From positions 2,016,001-2,080,000 of the forward strand of contig CAXXYH010000004.1 of NCBI GenBank assembly GCA_963677925.2: 64,000 bases of DNA. The letters run 5' to 3'. The stretch is from Spirochaetia bacterium (lineage in GTDB: Bacteria; Spirochaetota; Spirochaetia; UBA9216). The notes under the pieces were generated by a model. The model did no database searches. It saw only the letters and a program-made list of their open reading frames with translations, and was not told the DNA's origin. The position numbers were made by a program, and so were the translations under genes. The number at the start of each line of letters is the position of its first letter. Within the stretch, counting starts at the first letter, position 1. Shown here in pieces: positions 39,782-50,480 of the stretch.

Positions 39782-41879
39782 CTACCTTAGCATCCAGCAC
39801 CAGCCAGCCCTGCTTTGTCCAAACTATAGGGTTGATATCAATATGCCCTCCGTCTTCTGCTACAACCGAAGCCAGAACAGACATTCTGCTGATTATAGAA
39901 GACAGTGCTGATTTATCCATTTCACTTCCCCGGTATCCGGAAAGGACCGGGGCTATTTCAAGTTCGTCAAGCATACTTTCTGCTGTCAGTTTTCCGCAGG
40001 GAGCCAGCCTGAAGGATGTGTCGCGGTAAAGTTCGGTTAATATACCGCCTGCACCTGCCATAACTGCCGGGCCGAAGGTCGCATCATTGAGCGAGCCTAG
40101 AATGACTTCCGGGGTGGTATATTTGATCATTGGAGTGATAAGAAAGTTTTCGCCGCGAAATTTATTTCTCAGCTCGCCAATTACTGATTCAATCTCGGGC
40201 TGCATTACATTTAAAACAACTCCTCCGGCATCAGTTTTGTGTATCACTTCGGCGGAGCAGAGTTTTACTGCCGCCGGGAAGGATGATAAAGGAATTGATT
40301 CAACCGGAATCTCAGGTTTAAGCAAAAAATCCGCCGGAACAGGAAGTCCCGCTTTTTTAAGTAGCTGTTTTGCTTCAAACTCATCGGCTTTTCCCGGGAT
40401 CTTCAGTGAAGTTTTCCAGCTGTCAAATACCTCTTTCATTTCATTTTCCGATAGACATCCGTCATCAATGCAGTCATCACTGCAGTCTTTTATCTGTTTT
40501 AAAATATTTCCTCTTTCAACAAGAAATCTTGCCGCTCTTACAACCCTGCTTATCGATGAAAAGCCGGCTACACCATGTCTGTAGAAATCAAGGAGGTTCT
40601 TTTCTGTAAAAGGTCCGAACTCGCTGAAAACAAGGATTGGTTTGCTTGCTTTTCTCACTACTTCAGCGATCATTTCAATCAGGTCATCTGATATTGAGGG
40701 GGGAGAAAATAGGGCAATACAGATTATTATATCGACCCCCTCGTCATCAAGGAGGGCGTTCAGAGTTTCAACATACATTCCGTTGTCGGCGCTGGCAGTG
40801 AAATCTATCGGATTTGCACAGGAAGCAAACGGGAAGGTTTTCTGCTTTATGCGTTCGACGGTTTCCGGCGCCAGCTTTGCCATCTTAAGATCCGCCCTGG
40901 TTCCTGCGGTGTCTATATAGTCTGTGCACATTACTCCGAAGCCTCCGGCGGAAGTAACAACAGCTACACGGTTGCCTTCTGCATGGTTCAGCATTGAAAG
41001 AACCTTCGAGCTGTCGCATAGTTCCTCATCATCCATTGCCCGCTGGATTCCATACTGTTTGAGGGCTCCGTTTATTACGCTGTCTGAACCTGCCAGACGT
41101 CCTGTATGGGACCCGGCCGCAGCTGCTCCGGCTGCAGTTCTTCCGGCCTTCAGGACAACCACCGGTTTATCCATTGTAATATCTTCAGCTGTATTCAGGA
41201 AATTCCTGCCGCCTTCAATGCTTTCAAGATATAGTGCAATACAGTTTGTTTCAGGATCTTCAGCGAACCATGGCATAAAATCCATTTCGCTGAGATCCGT
41301 CTTGTTTCCAGTACCTATAAAGGCCTTCATTCCGTACCCTGTGTTGCTTGCAAGCCCCAGGGATTCAACTCCTACAGAGCCGCTTTGCGAAATAAAGGCT
41401 ATACTGCCTCCGGCGGCCAGGGCCTTATCACCGTGTTCAACAAAGATGGTGTCGAGGTCCATGTCCGGTATGAAAATGCCCAGGGAGTTCGGGCCGAGTA
41501 TTCTTGTGTTATATTCTTCCGCTATCTGCTTGAGTCTGAGCTCGTGCTGTTTACCATCGGAACCTGTTTCACCGAATCCTCCGGCAACAATGATCACGAA
41601 TGCAGTTCCCTTTTTGGCGCACTGCTCAGCTGATTCCACAGCAAGGGCTGCCGCTACTGTGACCACAGCTACATCGGGGCTGCACGGCAGGTCGTCAACC
41701 GATTTGTAGGTAGGAATATGAAACACAGTCTCGTATTTCGGGTTTACCGGATAAAGCCGGGCACTGCTTCTAAGCAGATTCTTCATTATTATCGCACCAG
41801 CCTTGCCCTCGGCTTCGGATGCACCTATTACGGCTATACATTTTGGGTTAACCAGTCTGCTGATATCGGGGTTATTCAT
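39768..41879 (-). CDS. ADP-forming acetate/acyl-CoA synthetase (alpha-beta fusion)
   Basis: IAVIGAS, ILGPNSLG, SQSG, AGSHTGRLAG (phospho-His), HKTDAGGV, DINP; start MNNPDI. Confidence 0.9.
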   Translation of the reverse strand: MNNPDISRLVNPKCIAVIGASEAEGKAGAIIMKNLLRSSARLYPVNPKYETVFHIPTYKSVDDLPCSPDVAVVTVAAALAVESAEQCAKKGTAFVIIVAGGFGETGSDGKQHELRLKQIAEEYNTRILGPNSLGIFIPDMDLDTIFVEHGDKALAAGGSIAFISQSGSVGVESLGLASNTGYGMKAFIGTGNKTDLSEMDFMPWFAEDPETNCIALYLESIEGGRNFLNTAEDITMDKPVVVLKAGRTAAGAAAAGSHTGRLAGSDSVINGALKQYGIQRAMDDEELCDSSKVLSMLNHAEGNRVAVVTSAGGFGVMCTDYIDTAGTRADLKMAKLAPETVERIKQKTFPFASCANPIDFTASADNGMYVETLNALLDDEGVDIIICIALFSPPSISDDLIEMIAEVVRKASKPILVFSEFGPFTEKNLLDFYRHGVAGFSSISRVVRAARFLVERGNILKQIKDCSDDCIDDGCLSENEMKEVFDSWKTSLKIPGKADEFEAKQLLKKAGLPVPADFLLKPEIPVESIPLSSFPAAVKLCSAEVIHKTDAGGVVLNVMQPEIESVIGELRNKFRGENFLITPMIKYTTPEVILGSLNDATFGPAVMAGAGGILTELYRDTSFRLAPCGKLTAESMLDELEIAPVLSGYRGSEMDKSALSSIISRMSVLASVVAEDGGHIDINPIVWTKQGWLVLDAKVVTAN

Positions 41880-41885
41880 ACTATA

Positions 41886-41914
41886 AAAATAAGCTATAGA
41901 AATTGTACGGTCAA
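41886..41914 (-). promoter_or_regulatory. Leaderless promoter for the acyl-CoA synthetase
   Basis: TTGACC-17-TATTTT-6nt-ATG. Confidence 0.45.
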
Positions 41915-42041
41915 CAGGGTTGGATAATTTTAGGAGTATGATGGGGTATAAGAGGTTTGGACTGAATATTTTTATCCCCGGTAAATAGAGCTTGTTTAAA
42001 ATCAATATATCGGTTATTTTTGAATATATTATAATGCATAT

Positions 42042-42611
42042 ATGGAGAACCGAATGCCTATTGATGAACCCAGATATTTTTCACCTGCCCAGTTCAACAG
42101 GATTCTTTTTGATATGGCCGGTATGGCTGTTAAGCATAAAAAGCAGCTGAAGCTCATTTCAAAGAAATTCCGATCGGATATTATGCTTGCAGTCACCTGG
42201 GTAAACGGCTGCAGAGTCTGCTCCTATTTTCATACACAGGTATTGCTGAAAGAAGGGGTAAGCTCAGCTGAACTTAAACCGCTTCTTGAGGGTACCTTCG
42301 GTGATTTTGATAGTGAAGAGACAACCGCTCTACTTTTTGCCCAGCATTACGCGGATACCGGCGGAAACTATGAAGCTGAGACCTTTAATCAGGTGAAAAA
42401 GCAGTACGGGGAAGAAAAGGCAATTGGAATTCTTGCTACAGTTAAGATGATAATGTTCGGTAATGTAAACGGCATCGCACTTGGTAACCTCTGGGATCGA
42501 ATAAGATTCAGGAAAGTGAAGTATGGTAAAATTCTTACGGATTTGTACAATGCTTTTTCGCCGGTGGTTTTATTGCCTGTATTTTTGGTGATCAGCGTGT
42601 TTCGAAAATAG
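42042..42611 (+). CDS. AhpD/carboxymuconolactone decarboxylase family protein
   Basis: IMLAVT.VNGCRVCSYFH CxxC motif; FAQHYA. Confidence 0.82.
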   Translation: MENRMPIDEPRYFSPAQFNRILFDMAGMAVKHKKQLKLISKKFRSDIMLAVTWVNGCRVCSYFHTQVLLKEGVSSAELKPLLEGTFGDFDSEETTALLFAQHYADTGGNYEAETFNQVKKQYGEEKAIGILATVKMIMFGNVNGIALGNLWDRIRFRKVKYGKILTDLYNAFSPVVLLPVFLVISVFRK

Positions 42612-42739
42612 GCTGTATTCAGGGAAAGTCTGTCAGGACGAAAACCGGATTTATCTTCAATTATTATTTCGGGAAAAAAGTTAACTGTAATTTTTTACTC
42701 ATGTTATAATCCTCTCATATAAAGTTAGGGAGCGGTTTA

Positions 42740-44323
42740 ATGTTGAGGGTCGCGATAATTGATGATGAGATTTGGGTCTGCAGACTTATACAAAAATTAA
42801 TCGATTGGAACTCCCTGGAGCTGGAAATCTGCTTTGTGGAAAATGATGGAGTCAGCGGCCTTGAAAGAATAATAGATGAAAAACCTGATATAGTAATAAC
42901 CGATATCAGGATGCCGGATATGGACGGTATGCAGATGATCGAAGAGATGAGGAAAAAGAAAATTACATCGAAGATCATTATTATGAGCGGGTATCCTGAT
43001 TTTAATTATGCAGCCAGAGTATTAAAAAGCGGTGCATCAGAATATCTGCTGAAACCGATTGAAAAAAAACAGCTGAAAGCTGTGCTGCTTCGACTTGTTC
43101 AGGAAATAAATGCTGAAAAGAAGACTGAAGCAGACCTCTACAGGCACCAGAAAGATTCCGGCAGAATCCAGGATATGCTGGAACAATTGTTTATCAGAAG
43201 TCTAATCACTCAAAAAAAGATTGAAGAAAAGATTCTTGAAGTAGGCATTAAAAATATTTTCAACAACCCCGGCCATACCTGGTTCCGGATCCTGTTGGTT
43301 AAGGGGGTGAGTAGTGCAGACTATGATGTTGAAGTATTAAAATTTATATCTGAATATAAAAGTTTTCCTACCGATGAAGAAGTTAAAAGCTTTACCTTCT
43401 ATTTTTATAATTACAGGATTTTTCTTATAAATTATCCTGATAATTTTGAAAGCAATATTACTGAATTAATTTCAAATGAATATTTAAAGGTTAAATCTGA
43501 AAAATGCGCTGAAGCAGTATTCACTTACAGCTACAGGACAGCAAATATAGCTGATATCACTTCCTGCTTATTAACCTCTTTCCGGGGCTCTCAGCAGCAT
43601 TTGATATCAAAAGAATCAGAAAATAAATTATTTGCCGATGTACATGAGATTCCTGAATTAAAAGGCACAATCCCCAGGGAATTAAGTAAGATGCTTCTTT
43701 TGAATGTTGAAGCACTCAGTGTTGAAAATACTCTTTCAATAATTGGGCAGATGTATGATGTTCTTGAAAAAAAGGCCGAAAATGATGTTTACATCATTTT
43801 TGATAAATCGATCAAAATTTGTGATTATGTTCTAAGAAGTCTTAAATCCGGTTTTGAAGAAGATCTTGGTCTTGATATGAAATATGAAAAGGAATTTTTC
43901 CGCCGGCTGAGTAGATGCAGCAGCATTGTGAGCTTCAGAGAAACCGCATTGACATTTTTCGGCGAACTGATTGAAGAGTTTTACCAGCTTAGAAGAAATA
44001 AGAGCAGGAACCTTATTGAAAAGGCAAAAGATTATATATGTTTGAACTATGATAAACGGATTTCTCTAAATGATATTGCAGAATATCTATTTTTAAACCC
44101 TAAATATTTCAGCAATATATTTAAAAAAGAAACAGGTATAGGATTCTCGGAATATTTGAACACAACCAGACTGGATGTATCGAAGACTCTTTTAAAAGAT
44201 AATGTCTACAGTATAGGGCAGGTTGCAAGCAAGGTAGGCTTTTCTGATCCTAAGCACTTCAGTAAGGTGTTCAAAATGAAGACTGGTGTAACTCCGAATG
44301 AGTACCGTCAATTTCATGTTTAA
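42740..44323 (+). CDS. YesN-like response regulator (REC + AraC HTH)
   Basis: IIDDE, TDIRMPDMDG, YLLKP; C-terminal YFSNIFKKETG...VGFSDPKHFSKVFK. Confidence 0.93.
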   Translation: MLRVAIIDDEIWVCRLIQKLIDWNSLELEICFVENDGVSGLERIIDEKPDIVITDIRMPDMDGMQMIEEMRKKKITSKIIIMSGYPDFNYAARVLKSGASEYLLKPIEKKQLKAVLLRLVQEINAEKKTEADLYRHQKDSGRIQDMLEQLFIRSLITQKKIEEKILEVGIKNIFNNPGHTWFRILLVKGVSSADYDVEVLKFISEYKSFPTDEEVKSFTFYFYNYRIFLINYPDNFESNITELISNEYLKVKSEKCAEAVFTYSYRTANIADITSCLLTSFRGSQQHLISKESENKLFADVHEIPELKGTIPRELSKMLLLNVEALSVENTLSIIGQMYDVLEKKAENDVYIIFDKSIKICDYVLRSLKSGFEEDLGLDMKYEKEFFRRLSRCSSIVSFRETALTFFGELIEEFYQLRRNKSRNLIEKAKDYICLNYDKRISLNDIAEYLFLNPKYFSNIFKKETGIGFSEYLNTTRLDVSKTLLKDNVYSIGQVASKVGFSDPKHFSKVFKMKTGVTPNEYRQFHV

Positions 44324-44343
44324 CTAAGTCATGAGGAGCTATC

Positions 44344-45711
44344 TTGTCTTCGCTCAATAAAGAGGAAAGAAAATACAGAACATTATTTACACTCCAGATT
44401 ATAGGTATTCTTATTCTGTATATAACTGTTTCGATTCTGGTAAGTACTCAGATAGCCAGACGTCTGCACAGAGATAACATAGAAGTTGAGATGAATCTCG
44501 TTTTAAACCGGCTGAAATTACAATATCAGGAAGCCGGCTATGAAATGGATTTTCTTAGAACTCAGGAAATTCAGTTCGGGGAAAACAGGGAATATACTGC
44601 TGAGATCTATGTTATAAATGGAAAGAATATGAATATATCAGGTAATGTTCTTCCGTTTAATGCAGATAGACTGATGTATAATTCTGGAAATATAAAATCA
44701 GGAAGTTTCATTTATTACTATAAATATTTCAGCGATATAAGTATATTCTTTGTTCTGGAAGTCCCTTTCCGGTATGTATCAAATGTTGCCGGTGAAATAA
44801 TCAGCGGCCTGATAGCTATTAATATGATTATCTCAATATTGGTTTTTATCTTAATAATAGTATTAAAAAATGTATTTTATAATCCAATAATTAAAATTGA
44901 AAGATATATCGAAGAAATTATTGAAGACGGGCATAATCCCGGAGATGACTTAAGCCGGATAATAAGAACTCATCCGTTATCGAGCAGATTTGAGCAGGTA
45001 ATTGTAATGCTCAAGGAGCTTCTGGAAAGAGAATATAATGAAACAATATTAAGGAAGCAGACTGAACTTAATGTTCTGCAGAGTCAGATTAATCCTCATT
45101 TTTTATATAATACTCTTGATACAATAAGAGGACAGGCTCTCTGGGAAGGTATTGAATCTATAGCAGATATGACGGAAGCTCTGGCCAACTGTTTACGCTA
45201 CAGTATTAACACGGCAAGCGATATGGTGATGCTTGGTGAAGAACTTGATAATGTAAGAAATTATATAAAAATTCAGCAGACAAGATTCAGTGACAAGCTC
45301 AAATTTGAGATGGCTATCGATGAAGAAAATGATAAAAATATTCTAAGCTATAAAATACCGAAACTCACAATACAGCCTATTATTGAGAATGCGGTTTTTC
45401 ATGGTCTTGAGAAAAAGAAAAATATGGGCAGGGTGATGATTAAAGCCTTCGCCACTGATACAAGACTTTCAATTAATATTATCGATGATGGACTGGGTAT
45501 CCCCCGAAACAGATTGAAAATACTTAATAAAAACCTTTATCTTGGTCAGGCAAGTCCTGCTCAGACCCAGAACAGCAGTAAACAGAGTCTCGGATTATAT
45601 AATGTTAATCAAAGAATAAAGTTGTATTACGGTGACAATTTCGGTCTTAGAATAAAAAGTATTATCGATTCAGGTACTGATGTTGAGATTATCGTCCCTA
45701 TCATTAAATAG
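44344..45711 (+). CDS. YesM-like sensor histidine kinase
   Basis: Two TM segments; LQSQINPHFLYNTL, QPIIENA..HG, DDGLG, GLYNV. Confidence 0.93.
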   Translation: MSSLNKEERKYRTLFTLQIIGILILYITVSILVSTQIARRLHRDNIEVEMNLVLNRLKLQYQEAGYEMDFLRTQEIQFGENREYTAEIYVINGKNMNISGNVLPFNADRLMYNSGNIKSGSFIYYYKYFSDISIFFVLEVPFRYVSNVAGEIISGLIAINMIISILVFILIIVLKNVFYNPIIKIERYIEEIIEDGHNPGDDLSRIIRTHPLSSRFEQVIVMLKELLEREYNETILRKQTELNVLQSQINPHFLYNTLDTIRGQALWEGIESIADMTEALANCLRYSINTASDMVMLGEELDNVRNYIKIQQTRFSDKLKFEMAIDEENDKNILSYKIPKLTIQPIIENAVFHGLEKKKNMGRVMIKAFATDTRLSINIIDDGLGIPRNRLKILNKNLYLGQASPAQTQNSSKQSLGLYNVNQRIKLYYGDNFGLRIKSIIDSGTDVEIIVPIIK

Positions 45712-45763
45712 AAATTATTCAGTGCAATATGGATTTTTCCCACCAAAAATAGAAAATATCGCG

Positions 45764-45792
45764 TTGCGTGATTAATTTTGCAGGCATACAAT
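45764..45792 (+). promoter_or_regulatory. Sigma70-like promoter of the sugar ABC operon
   Basis: TTGCGT-17-TACAAT; AGGAGG RBS downstream. Confidence 0.55.
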
Positions 45793-45834
45793 TTTGTAAA
45801 TATTTAATTAATGGTTTAGATAGGAGGAATATTT

Positions 45835-46851
45835 ATGAAAAAAGGTATTAGTATTTTTCTGATATCAATGCTTGTTCTTATGTTCGCTGCATGCGGGCAG
45901 GAAGAAACTGTTACGGATAGCGGTAAAAGCGATGTGCTGACAGCGGAACCGGGTGAAAAATATTATATGGTAACGTTCGCTGCTGAACATCCGTACTGGG
46001 TGGATGTTCTTGATGGGTATTCAGATGCCCTTTCACTGTATGGTGCAGAGGTTGAATACACAGGAACTATCGGTGCTGACGTTGCTGAACAGGTCACATT
46101 AATCGAACAGATAATTACAAAACAGCCGGCAGGTATTGCAATTGCAGCAGCTAATGCAACTGGAATTGTACCTGTTATCGAAGAAGCTGTAAAAGCAGGA
46201 ATATCAGTTGTTAATTTTGATGCCGCCTCAGCTCCGGCAGAAGGTCTTTACGGTTTTATCGGAACCGGTAATTATCAGGCTGGTGTAGTTGCAGCTCATG
46301 AAATGGCAAATATTCTTGGTAAAAAAGGTAAATGCGGTGTTATAACTGTAATTGATACTGATTCAACCAGAAACAGAGGCCAGGGATTTATAGATACAAT
46401 TACAAATGATTATCCCAACATGGAGATAGTTCAGGTAGCTGACGGTGCATTTGATCAGCAGATAAGTGCTGAAGTTACATCTGCAATGCTGCAGAATCAT
46501 GCTGACATAAACGGAATCTTTACTTCTTTTGCTGCAGGCGGTGTAGGTGTTGCTACTGCTGTAGAAGAAAACGGTATGAAGGGTAAAATTAAAATTATAA
46601 GTTTTGATACCAATGCAGGTCTTCTCGATTTAATTAAGAACGGAGACATCTCAGGCACAATGGCACAGGGTACCTGGGTAATGGGATGGCAGGCTGGACA
46701 TCAGGCATACTGGCTGCACCATGATCTGCTCCAGCCTAAACCAAACTGGAAGGCAAATGGAATTGCTCCGCTTCCTGCTAATGTTGATACAGGAATCAGT
46801 TTTGTAACTGCTGAAACTGCAGATCTTTATTATCCTGCTGATTCAAAATAA
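45835..46851 (+). CDS. Sugar ABC transporter substrate-binding lipoprotein (RbsB/Peripla_BP type 1)
   Basis: Lipobox FAAC; HPYW, VVNFD, IGTGNYQAG, IISFD. Confidence 0.9.
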   Translation: MKKGISIFLISMLVLMFAACGQEETVTDSGKSDVLTAEPGEKYYMVTFAAEHPYWVDVLDGYSDALSLYGAEVEYTGTIGADVAEQVTLIEQIITKQPAGIAIAAANATGIVPVIEEAVKAGISVVNFDAASAPAEGLYGFIGTGNYQAGVVAAHEMANILGKKGKCGVITVIDTDSTRNRGQGFIDTITNDYPNMEIVQVADGAFDQQISAEVTSAMLQNHADINGIFTSFAAGGVGVATAVEENGMKGKIKIISFDTNAGLLDLIKNGDISGTMAQGTWVMGWQAGHQAYWLHHDLLQPKPNWKANGIAPLPANVDTGISFVTAETADLYYPADSK

Positions 46852-46892
46852 GCAGAGGTCTTGAAATTAGTATCAATCAATATTGAATTGTT

Positions 46893-46919
46893 AAGCCTGG
46901 CCTGTGGGCTGGGCTTTTT
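46893..46919 (+). terminator. Hairpin after SBP gene (partial terminator or mRNA stabiliser)
   Basis: AAGCCTGGCC-TGTG-GGCTGGGCTTTTT, with G-U pairs in the stem. Confidence 0.45.
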
Positions 46920-46946
46920 ATTACTAAAAGATGAGAGGATCTTAAA

Positions 46947-48437
46947 TTGAATAGCGAGATTATCCTTAAAGTAGAGAATATTACTAAGAGTTTTCCCGGA
47001 ATGAAAGCTTTGGACAATGTACATATTGAGGTTAAGAAGGGAGAAGCTCTGGCTCTGGTCGGAGAAAACGGTGCAGGAAAATCAACACTCATGAATGTTA
47101 TTTCCGGAGTGCATAAAGAGGACAGTGGAACTATTTATTTTGAGGGGAAGGTTGTCAGTGTCAACAGTCCCAGAGAAGCTCAGGATTTGGGTATTGGATT
47201 TGTGCATCAGGAACTAAGTCTTTGCAATCACGTTTCGGTTGCAGAAAATATATTTATGTCCGGAAAAGCGTCCGGACTTGTTCTGAAGAGAAACGAAATT
47301 AATAAAAGAGCAGATGAGCTGTTAAAAATTTTTAATGTAAATTTCAAAGGGAATGAAATTGTCAGTAATTTAAATGTTGCCCAGCAGCAGATAGTTGAGA
47401 TAATAAAAGCCCTCAGTATTAATGCAAAACTTATAATATTTGATGAACCGACTGCATCTCTCACTGAAAATGAAATAGTAGAACTTTTTAAAATCATAAA
47501 AGAATTGAAAAAAAAGGGAATGGGTATCCTGTACATAAGTCACAGGTTATCTGAAATATTTGAAATTTGTGAAAATGTAACAGTATTAAAAGATGGTAAG
47601 TACGTTGATACATTTAAAACAGATTCTATTACTACAGAAAAAATTGTTAATTCGATGGTAGGGCGGGATATTGAAAATTTGTATCCGTATAAAGCTACCG
47701 ATATAGGAGAAACAATTTTTTCGGTTAGAAATATGTCCTCGGAGAAACGTTATAAAAACTGCAGTTTTGAGCTCAGGAATGGAGAGATTCTTACATTTTA
47801 CGGATTGGTAGGTTCCGGAAGGACTGAACTGATGCGGGGAATTTGCGGAATAGATAAAAGAGTTTCCGGTGAAATATTTCTGGATGGAAAAGCAATTAAT
47901 AATTCAAATTATATAGATTCCATAAAAAACGGGATCGTTTATATAACTGAAGATAGAAAGGATGAAGGTCTGTTTCTGAAAATGAGCATACAGCGGAATG
48001 TCTCAGTGATAGTCCTTAAAAAGATTCTAAAAGGAATTTTCTTAAATAAAAATATTGAGAGAAAGCTTTCTAGAGAATATATCAAAAAACTGAATGTGAA
48101 AGTAGCTGATGTCGAATTCTCTGTTGACTCGCTTTCCGGCGGGAATCAGCAGAAAGTAATGATTGGGAAATGGCTGGCCTCAGAACCCAGACTTATCATC
48201 ATGGATGAGCCTACGAGGGGTATTGATGTAGGAGCTAAGTTTGAGATTCACAGGATGATTAGGGGACTTGCTGAAGCAGGTATCGGCATTATTGTGATCA
48301 CTTCAGACTTGCCTGAGGCTATAGGATTAAGCGACAGAATTATTGTTATGAAAGAGGGCGGAATAAACGGTGAGATAAACAGTCCTGAAGATATGACTGA
48401 AGAAAATGTAATATCCTGGGCTTCACATACTGACTGA
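46947..48437 (+). CDS. Sugar ABC transporter ATP-binding protein (RbsA-like)
   Basis: GENGAGKST, FDEPT, LSGGNQQK, DEPTRGIDVGAK. Confidence 0.93.
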   Translation: MNSEIILKVENITKSFPGMKALDNVHIEVKKGEALALVGENGAGKSTLMNVISGVHKEDSGTIYFEGKVVSVNSPREAQDLGIGFVHQELSLCNHVSVAENIFMSGKASGLVLKRNEINKRADELLKIFNVNFKGNEIVSNLNVAQQQIVEIIKALSINAKLIIFDEPTASLTENEIVELFKIIKELKKKGMGILYISHRLSEIFEICENVTVLKDGKYVDTFKTDSITTEKIVNSMVGRDIENLYPYKATDIGETIFSVRNMSSEKRYKNCSFELRNGEILTFYGLVGSGRTELMRGICGIDKRVSGEIFLDGKAINNSNYIDSIKNGIVYITEDRKDEGLFLKMSIQRNVSVIVLKKILKGIFLNKNIERKLSREYIKKLNVKVADVEFSVDSLSGGNQQKVMIGKWLASEPRLIIMDEPTRGIDVGAKFEIHRMIRGLAEAGIGIIVITSDLPEAIGLSDRIIVMKEGGINGEINSPEDMTEENVISWASHTD

Positions 48438-48461
48438 TTGTAGATTCATGGAGGACAAAAA

Positions 48462-49427
48462 ATGCTGATTAAGAAAACTTATTTAACCAAAATAATGGAA
48501 TACAGAGAATTTAATATTCTTGCTCTTGTGCTGCTGGTAGGGATTATCTTAGGATTTGCAACCAGAAATTTTGCAACCAGCAGAAACTTTATGACTCTGG
48601 GGATCGGAATATCAGTAGATATAATTCTGGTTATAGGCATGACAATGGTTCTGGCTACAGGCGGAGTGGATCTGTCAGTCGGTGCTATTTTAGGAATTTC
48701 CTGTATGGCTGCCGGATATTTTCATGTGAATATGGGCATAAATATCTGGTTATCAAGTTTACTTGCAATATTTATAAGCGCGATTCTTGGAGCTATTAAT
48801 GGATTTATGATAGGTAAAGTCAAGATTACGCCCCTTATCGTGACCCTTGCAATGATGGGTATGGCCAGAGGATTAATTTATGTAGTTACCGAAGGCGCTA
48901 CAGTTGCATTAAAAAATCCGCCGAAGGTTTTTAAAATGCTTGGTAAAGGTGATCTGATGGGTATGCCTGTAATAATCATCATTGCGGTTGCTTTTATAAT
49001 TATCTTTGATATTGCCATGCGGAAAATGATGTGCTTCCGAAAAATGTACTATGTCGGAAGTAATGAAAAAGCGGCGGTTCTTTCGGGTGTTGATGTTTTT
49101 AAAATCAAGATGCTTACCTATATTCTAAATGCTGTGTTATGCGGTGTTGCCGGAGTTCTTACCCTGTCACGATTTACTGTAGCCACTCCGAAGGCCGGTC
49201 TCGGTGCGGAAATGAAAATCATATCAGCCTGTGTTATCGGAGGCTCAAGTTTGAGCGGAGGTGTTGGAACTATCCTTGGTTCAGTTGCAGGATTGATACT
49301 TCTATCTATTGTTAATAACGGTCTGATACTGCTTGATGTGTCAATTTACTGGCAGGATTTTATTAACGGAGCAATCTTACTGCTTGCAGTTACTATAGAT
49401 AAATTGAGCAGTATGGAAAGAGTATAG
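48462..49427 (+). CDS. Sugar ABC transporter permease (RbsC-like)
   Basis: GGVDLSVG, GSNEKAA.LSG, ACVIGG.SL.GG.G. Confidence 0.93.
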   Translation: MLIKKTYLTKIMEYREFNILALVLLVGIILGFATRNFATSRNFMTLGIGISVDIILVIGMTMVLATGGVDLSVGAILGISCMAAGYFHVNMGINIWLSSLLAIFISAILGAINGFMIGKVKITPLIVTLAMMGMARGLIYVVTEGATVALKNPPKVFKMLGKGDLMGMPVIIIIAVAFIIIFDIAMRKMMCFRKMYYVGSNEKAAVLSGVDVFKIKMLTYILNAVLCGVAGVLTLSRFTVATPKAGLGAEMKIISACVIGGSSLSGGVGTILGSVAGLILLSIVNNGLILLDVSIYWQDFINGAILLLAVTIDKLSSMERV

Positions 49428-49446
49428 GACGATGGAGGAGTAAGAT

Positions 49447-50436
49447 ATGGAACAGAGGAAAATCGGGAAATCTGATATTTATACTTCAGCTCTTTGTCTG
49501 GGTGCCTGGGCGATTGGTGGAGGTCCCTGGTGGGGTGATTCTGATGATATTCAGTCAATTAAAGCAATACAGGCTTCAATTGATTCAGGTATAAATTTTA
49601 TAGATACTGCCCCCGGGTATGAATGGGGACACAGCGAGGAAGTTGTGGGAAAGGCAATCAAGGGACGCAGGGACAAGGTTACAATTTCTACAAAATGCGG
49701 TCTCTGGTGGAAAACTGACGAGGGCCAGCCTCATTATGAACAGAAAGGAATCACAGTCCGCAGGTGTCTGAAACCTTCAACAATCAGGAAAGAGATTGAA
49801 GACAGTCTCCGCCGTATTGATACCGATTATATTGATCTTTATATAACTCACTGGCAGGAAAAGGGTGAAGATGCGACTCCAATAGCAGAAACTATGGATT
49901 TTCTGATGAACTTAAAAAAAGAAGGAAAGATTCGGGCCATAGGTGCATCAAATACATCAATAGAAGATATCCGTGAATATTCCAGTCATGGACAGCTTGA
50001 TGCGATTCAGGAACGTTATACCATGCTTGACCGGCATCTTGAACCTGAATACATCAAAGTCTGTGAAGAACTTGATATAAGTATAATGGGATATTCAACA
50101 ATTGAGCAGGGGCTTCTGACAGGCCGGATAACAATGGATACAGTGATTGATGAACAGTCATTCAAGAATATGCTCCCATGGTATAAAAGCGGAAATCGTA
50201 AAAAGGTTCTTGATTTGCTTGATAAATGGAAGCCGCTTTGTGAAAAATATGATGCCAGCCTTGCACAGCTTGTAATAGCCTGGACTGCCTCACAGAGAGG
50301 AATTACATTCCCGATTGTAGGAGCGAGAAAGGTGAAGCATGCAGAGGAAAATGCAGCATCATTGAAAATTGATTTATCCAGTGATGATTTAAAAAGAATG
50401 CGAAGCGATGTTGAAGGACTTGGAGAGCCGGAATAA
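49447..50436 (+). CDS. Aldo/keto reductase (YdjG-like)
   Basis: LGAWAIGGG, IDTAPGY, STKCGL, DLYITHWQ, GKIRAIGASN. Confidence 0.92.
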   Translation: MEQRKIGKSDIYTSALCLGAWAIGGGPWWGDSDDIQSIKAIQASIDSGINFIDTAPGYEWGHSEEVVGKAIKGRRDKVTISTKCGLWWKTDEGQPHYEQKGITVRRCLKPSTIRKEIEDSLRRIDTDYIDLYITHWQEKGEDATPIAETMDFLMNLKKEGKIRAIGASNTSIEDIREYSSHGQLDAIQERYTMLDRHLEPEYIKVCEELDISIMGYSTIEQGLLTGRITMDTVIDEQSFKNMLPWYKSGNRKKVLDLLDKWKPLCEKYDASLAQLVIAWTASQRGITFPIVGARKVKHAEENAASLKIDLSSDDLKRMRSDVEGLGEPE

Positions 50437-50480
50437 ATTCAGGTTCTGTTTTATTTCAAATAGCGAGGAGAAGGAGCGTA

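Noticed and set aside
40087-41709. Long plus-strand ORFs (165 and 261 aa)
   Set aside because: Antisense to the well-supported acyl-CoA synthetase, with typical shadow composition.
45726-45762. Possible direct-repeat binding site for the YesN-like regulator
   Set aside because: The similarity is weak and indistinguishable from AT-rich background by eye.
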